From positions 320,001 to 384,000 of the forward strand of contig CAWCRS010000005.1 in NCBI GenBank assembly GCA_963798085.1: DNA of 64,000 bases. The letters run 5' to 3'. The stretch comes from an uncultured Gemmatimonadales bacterium. GTDB lineage: Bacteria; Gemmatimonadota; Gemmatimonadetes; Longimicrobiales; RSA9. The translations under genes were made by a program, and so were the position numbers. Every line of letters begins with the position of its first letter. Within the stretch, counting starts at the first letter, position 1. Positions 59,495 to 64,000 of the stretch are shown here, one piece after another. The notes beneath the pieces were generated by a model. The model worked only from the letters and a program-made list of their open reading frames with translations. It searched no databases and had not been told where the DNA came from.

Positions 59495-62369
59495 CTAACG
59501 GATCGTCTGGTTGTTGAAGCGGGGCAGGTCGCGCTGCGAGTAGTCCACCTTGATGTCCGGGTTGGCGCGCAGCTGCGCCCGGAACTGGAAGCTGAAGTTG
59601 CCGTTCTGCGCCTTCACGAAATCGAAGTTCGCATCCCAGTCGTGCATGGAGCGGGTCAGGGTGAGGATGTGGTCGGTGAAGCTGTGGTTCGTGAACGAAT
59701 AGCCCGTGCTCCACTGCATGGCCCACTGCGCGGTTGGCTGCAACGAAAAGTTGCCTGTGACCATCTGCGTGGTGGAGCCGGCCGTGGCATTGCGCGGTCG
59801 CGACAGCGTGTAATTGAGGCTCGCGTTCCAGCTGCCCGACGGCTGCTGCGGTGCCCCGCCGGGCCGGTTGGCGCCGATGAGGCCGAAGTTCTGTGTGTTC
59901 TGCTGCTGCCGGGCCAGTTCCGCTTCGCGCGCACTGTCCGCCGCCGTGCCGGGCACACCCGGCGCCGTCTGCGTCTGCTTCTGCGGTGTGGGCGGTTTGC
60001 GGTGACCCAGACCCAGCATGCGCGCCAGCCAGGAATCGGAATTGACGGAAAAGGCCGCGTTGAAACGGCTCAGGTGGGGCTTGAAATCCCTCGATATCAG
60101 CTTGTTAGTGGAGTCCCGGTGCTCCTGGAACAGATCGTGCGCGAAGCTCAGCTGCAGTCCGCGCAGCAAGTCGGACTGCACGTTGTTGCCGATCTCCGTC
60201 GTCTGCACGCCAAAGCCATCCTTCGCCTGCACGAAATCGTAGACCACGGCATCCGTGCTCAGCGAAAGGATCGTGATGGGCTGTACGCGCTGCCGCCGCT
60301 TCGGCCCCGTGCTCGTGTCCGGGGGCGCGGTCCGCGTACTGTCGGCGCCGGCCACACCAGTGGAATCCGGGTTCTGCTTCTGTTTCGGCTTGGCCTCGAA
60401 AGTCTGGCTGACGCCAATGGTGAGCCGGTTCTGCTCCTGGATGTTCAAGGGGCCGAACGCCTGGCGCTGTCGTTCCGTGATCGTGGGTGAAGGCGAGTAA
60501 GTGTACGAGAAGCTGGGCGAGATGCGATGGCGCACGCGCTCGAACAGACCCAGGCCGGGATAGAAGTGGAACAGGTCGGTACGCAGGGCCGCGTTGAAAT
60601 TGAGGCGCGTGGGCGCGGCCACCCGGTCGCCGCCTGTCGTGTCGCTCTGCAGCACCTGGCCCGCCAGGCTGAGACCGGGCGTGAATGTGGTGGTGCCCAT
60701 CAGCCGCTGCTGATAGTTCAGGCCCGCGTTCCAGGTCATCATGCGCGTCGAACGCGCTGGCAGGACCCTGGCGACCGTATCCACCGTGACCATGCGCTCG
60801 ATGTCCTGGATGTCGGAATACGTCACGCCCTGTGACCAGCCGAACTTGCCCAGGGTGAATGTGCTCGATGCGCTGCCCTGCAGCTGGTTTTCGCTCTGCG
60901 TCGCCGGATTCGTGTTACCGCTGCCGATGCTGCGCGTCCGGTAATTGCCGCTTGCCGAGCCGTTCCAGGTCGCGTTGTTGTACCATTTCGCGCTGCCGGG
61001 CAGCGCGGCAAACAGGGTGACCGGCGCCAGGTTCAGCGACAACGTGGGCAGCGTCTGCGTGACCGTGTTGTCGGAGATCTGCTGCTGCCGCTGGCCGCTC
61101 AGGTTCAGCGAACCGAAGTTGAAGCGACGATTGAACCCCACGTTCGACGTGATGCTCTGGTTCAGCTCGCGGGGATCGATCGAGCGCGTGCGAATGAACT
61201 GCGTGGACGTGGCGTAGCTCAGGTCGCCGGCGAGTCGTGTCCGCTCGTCCGGTTGCCAGTCCGTGTTGGCCGCAATGGTGTAGTTGCGCCCGCCCTCCGA
61301 TTGCCAGTAGCTCCGGTACGTGGCACTGCCCGACAGGAACTGGCGCAGCAGGCGGTAGTCGAACGTGCCGCTGAGCGACGTGTAGTTCTGGCTCTGCCAC
61401 GACATGGCCAGCTGGGCGCCCATGTAATCGCTGATGGCCCAGTAGAAGCCGACATTGTCGATGCGACGCTGGTAGCCGGCGTTGGTGCGCGCTATGTCGT
61501 TCACGCCGAACTGCGGCATCAGGATGCCGCTGCGCCGCCCCGATTTTGTGCTCTGCACGAAGAACGGCAGCCAGAACACCGGCACGTCGCGGAAATTGAA
61601 CGTGACGTTGCGCGCCACGATCACGTCCTTGCCAATGTACTTCATCTCGCCCGCGCCGAAATGGTAGTGGGGCGGATCCAGATTGCAGTCCGTGAAGGTG
61701 CCGCCGTGGCTGTACAGCGTGTCGCCCAGCGTGAAGCCCTCACGCGTGTGCACGATCCAGTTGGCCCCCTGCGTGATCTGCGTGGTGACGCCGAAGGCCA
61801 GGCCTTTCTTCAACACGGTGTTATAGCAGAGCGAATCGGCATTGATCGGGTGATTCCGTGCCCTGGCCGCTAACCAGCGGTTTGCCGTGCGCACAGGCGA
61901 TGGACGTCTTCTGGTCGAAGACGATGGTGCTGTCCGCGCTGATGCGCTGCCCCAGGTTCACCACCTCCGCTTTGCGGCTCAGCATGAGCAGGCTGCTGTC
62001 CGCATCGAAACTGGCGCTGTCCGCCCGGTACTCGGTCACGGTGTAGCCGGGCAGCAGCAGCAGGTGCGTCATCATGGAGTCGTGCACCAGCGGTGTGCTG
62101 CCCGCCGCTGCCGGCCGCCCGCCTGCCTGTGCGGCCTGCGCGCGGCGCAGTGAGTCCGCACGCGCCGAGTCCTGCGCGGCCTGCGTCGTGTCCTGTGCCG
62201 CGCTGCCGGTATCCTGCGGTACCAGCGGCTTCAGGCTGCGCAGCCGGTCACGGATGATGTCGATCCGGGATTTCGTGCTGTCGGGCTTCTGTGCAGCGGC
62301 GGGGAGGGCGCCAGCGAGCATCAGGGCCACGGCCGCGGGAACCAGCCGGCCGGCGACCCCGCGGTTCAT
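59495..62369 (-). CDS. lptD: putative LPS assembly protein LptD (frameshift near 61850)
   Basis: Signal peptide, FTDCNL..PHYHF, VPVFWLPF, RSGILMP, long beta-barrel with aromatic-rich strands. Confidence 0.85.
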
Positions 62370-63168
62370 CCCGTGGCCTCCGGTAACGCGTCGGCCGCCT
62401 CCGCCTGCGCACTCGCGCGCAGTTTGCCGCGTTCCACCAGCTTTGCCAGCCAGAATGCTCAGCTCATAGAGCAGCAGCAGCGGCCCCATGAGGATGATGC
62501 TGGCGGTGATCGCATCGCCGGGTGTGATCACGCAGGCCAGGATGGCCATGCCCGCGACCGCGTAGCGGCGCTTCGAGGCGAGGAACCGCGAGCTGGCGAG
62601 GCCCATGGCAGTGAGGATCATGACGACGACGGGTAGTTCGAAGATCGCGCCGAAACCCAGCAGCAGCTTGGTGACCAGATTGAAGTAGCGGTCGGCAGTG
62701 ATCTGCGGCTGCAGACTGGCCGACTGAATGCTGAGCATGAACTTGATGGTGAACGGCAGTGCCGCGAAGTAGGCGAGGGATGCGCCCGCGATGAACAGAA
62801 AGACACCGAGATAGAGCGCCGGCACAATGGCGCGCTTCTCCCGTGGCATCAGGGCCGGTGAGAGAAACGCCCACAAATTGTAGAAGATCACGGGCGACGC
62901 CAGGACCACGCCCATCGAGATGGCCAGGTTGAGCATGATGAACAGCGGATCCGTGACGCCCAGGATGATCAGCTTGCCGCCGTTCAGGTACGGATCGATG
63001 GGCCGTTTCAGAATACCAATGACATCGTATTGCGAAACGCAGGAAGAAGGAGCCGAGTGCGGCGACGATGAGGGCCAGCAGGCTCCAGATGATGCGCCAG
63101 CGCAGTTCCTCGAGGTGATCGAGAAACGGCATCTCGGCGGTGGGGTTCTGCGAACGTCGGAACTTCAT
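62366..63168 (-). CDS. tatC: twin-arginine translocase TatC (frameshifts near 63030 and 62450)
   Basis: MPFLDHLEELRWR, WAFLSPAL, FGAIFELP, ITPGD, LLYELSI. Confidence 0.92.
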
Positions 63169-63175
63169 GCGCGGC

Positions 63176-63673
63176 CTAGAGAGGAAGCTCCGCCTGGTCC
63201 CGGCTCAACGCAGCACGGGCCCGCCGTGCGCTCAGCTCGCGGAGTTCCTCGTAGAACTCTTCGAGATCCTGGAAGTTCCGGTATACGGAAGCGAAGCGGA
63301 CGTACGCCACGTGGTCGCGGCCTTTCAGCTGATCCATGACCAGTTCGCCGATGGTCCGGCTGTCCACTTCATCCTCGCCGCGTCGCGCCAGCGCGTCTTC
63401 CACCTGGTCTACCATGGCCTCGATGTCGGAAGGCTCGATAGGTCGTTTCACGCAGGAGATCTCGATGGACTCGAGCAGCTTGCGCCGCTCGTAGCGCTCC
63501 GTGGTGCCATCGCGTTTGCGCACCAGCAGCGGTCGCTCCTCCACATACTCATAGGTGGTGAACCGGCGGTGGCAGGCAAGACATTCGCGTCGCCGGCGCA
63601 CGGCCCGCCCTTCCCGGCTGATCCGTGAGTCGACGACGCGATTGTCGGTGCTGCTGCAGAACGGGCAGCGCAT
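63176..63673 (-). CDS. nrdR: transcriptional repressor NrdR
   Basis: MRCPFC..VVDSR..RRRREC..RFTTYE, ATP cone, VAYVRFASVYR. Confidence 0.97.
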   Translation of the reverse strand: MRCPFCSSTDNRVVDSRISREGRAVRRRRECLACHRRFTTYEYVEERPLLVRKRDGTTERYERRKLLESIEISCVKRPIEPSDIEAMVDQVEDALARRGEDEVDSRTIGELVMDQLKGRDHVAYVRFASVYRNFQDLEEFYEELRELSARRARAALSRDQAELPL

Positions 63674-64000
63674 CAGCCTCCCAGGGCTCTCAGCCTCCGC
63701 GTCGCTTCGGGATACTGTTCGCTGCCCGGGTACCGCTGGATGACCAGGCTGTAGTAGCGCCGGGCAGACGTCTTGTCGGCGTGGTCCTCTGCGAGGATAC
63801 CGGCTCGCAGCAGGGCGACCGGCGCCTGCGACGAATTGGGCCAGTTCTGTTCCACCTTCTCGAACTCGGAAACCGCGCGTGCGAAGTCACCTTCCCCCAC
63901 GTACGTCTCGCCGATCAGATACTGCGCTTCCGGCGCGCGCGGGTCCGTGGCGTGGCTCTGCACGACCACCTCGAAGGCGGTGCGTGCCGTGGTGAACGCG
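63673..64000 (-). CDS. CpoB/YbgF-like Tol-Pal TPR protein, C-terminal part
   Basis: APEAQYLIGETY, WPNSSQAPVALLRAG, YPGSE TPR pattern; 5' end outside window. Confidence 0.75.
   Translation of the reverse strand, partial: AFTTARTAFEVVVQSHATDPRAPEAQYLIGETYVGEGDFARAVSEFEKVEQNWPNSSQAPVALLRAGILAEDHADKTSARRYYSLVIQRYPGSEQYPEATRRLRALGG

Overview
High-GC (roughly 68-70% by eye) chromosomal core region. Gene content and order (rex, mutS2, hrcA-dnaJ-prmA, S41 protease, SpoIID, LptD-like, hut genes, TPR proteins) suggest a Gemmatimonadota-like diderm bacterium; this taxonomy is an inference. About 55 genes are present and all but two (an orphan at 21640 and surA/ppiD at 50606) lie on the minus strand, often with overlapping stop/start codons. 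I see no rRNA, tRNA, CRISPR array, prophage or transposase. About ten conserved genes, several essential (dnaG, tmk, accB, ftsK, lolA, lptD, tatC, rimO, arcA), are broken by frameshifts, best explained as assembly indel errors. I cannot show a wholly new system. The best leads are: (1) a perfect Rex operator over the predicted start site of a sigma70 promoter driving rex-arginine deiminase-exonuclease-MBL hydrolase; (2) a sigma-less RsbV/RsbW/RsbU partner-switching module followed by a histidine kinase with a degenerate ATP-binding domain; (3) an inositol-3-phosphate synthase plus CDP-alcohol transferase pair implying inositol phospholipids; (4) a LolA with a lipobox and long flexible tether; (5) a MutS2 with a Walker B Asp-to-Asn change.
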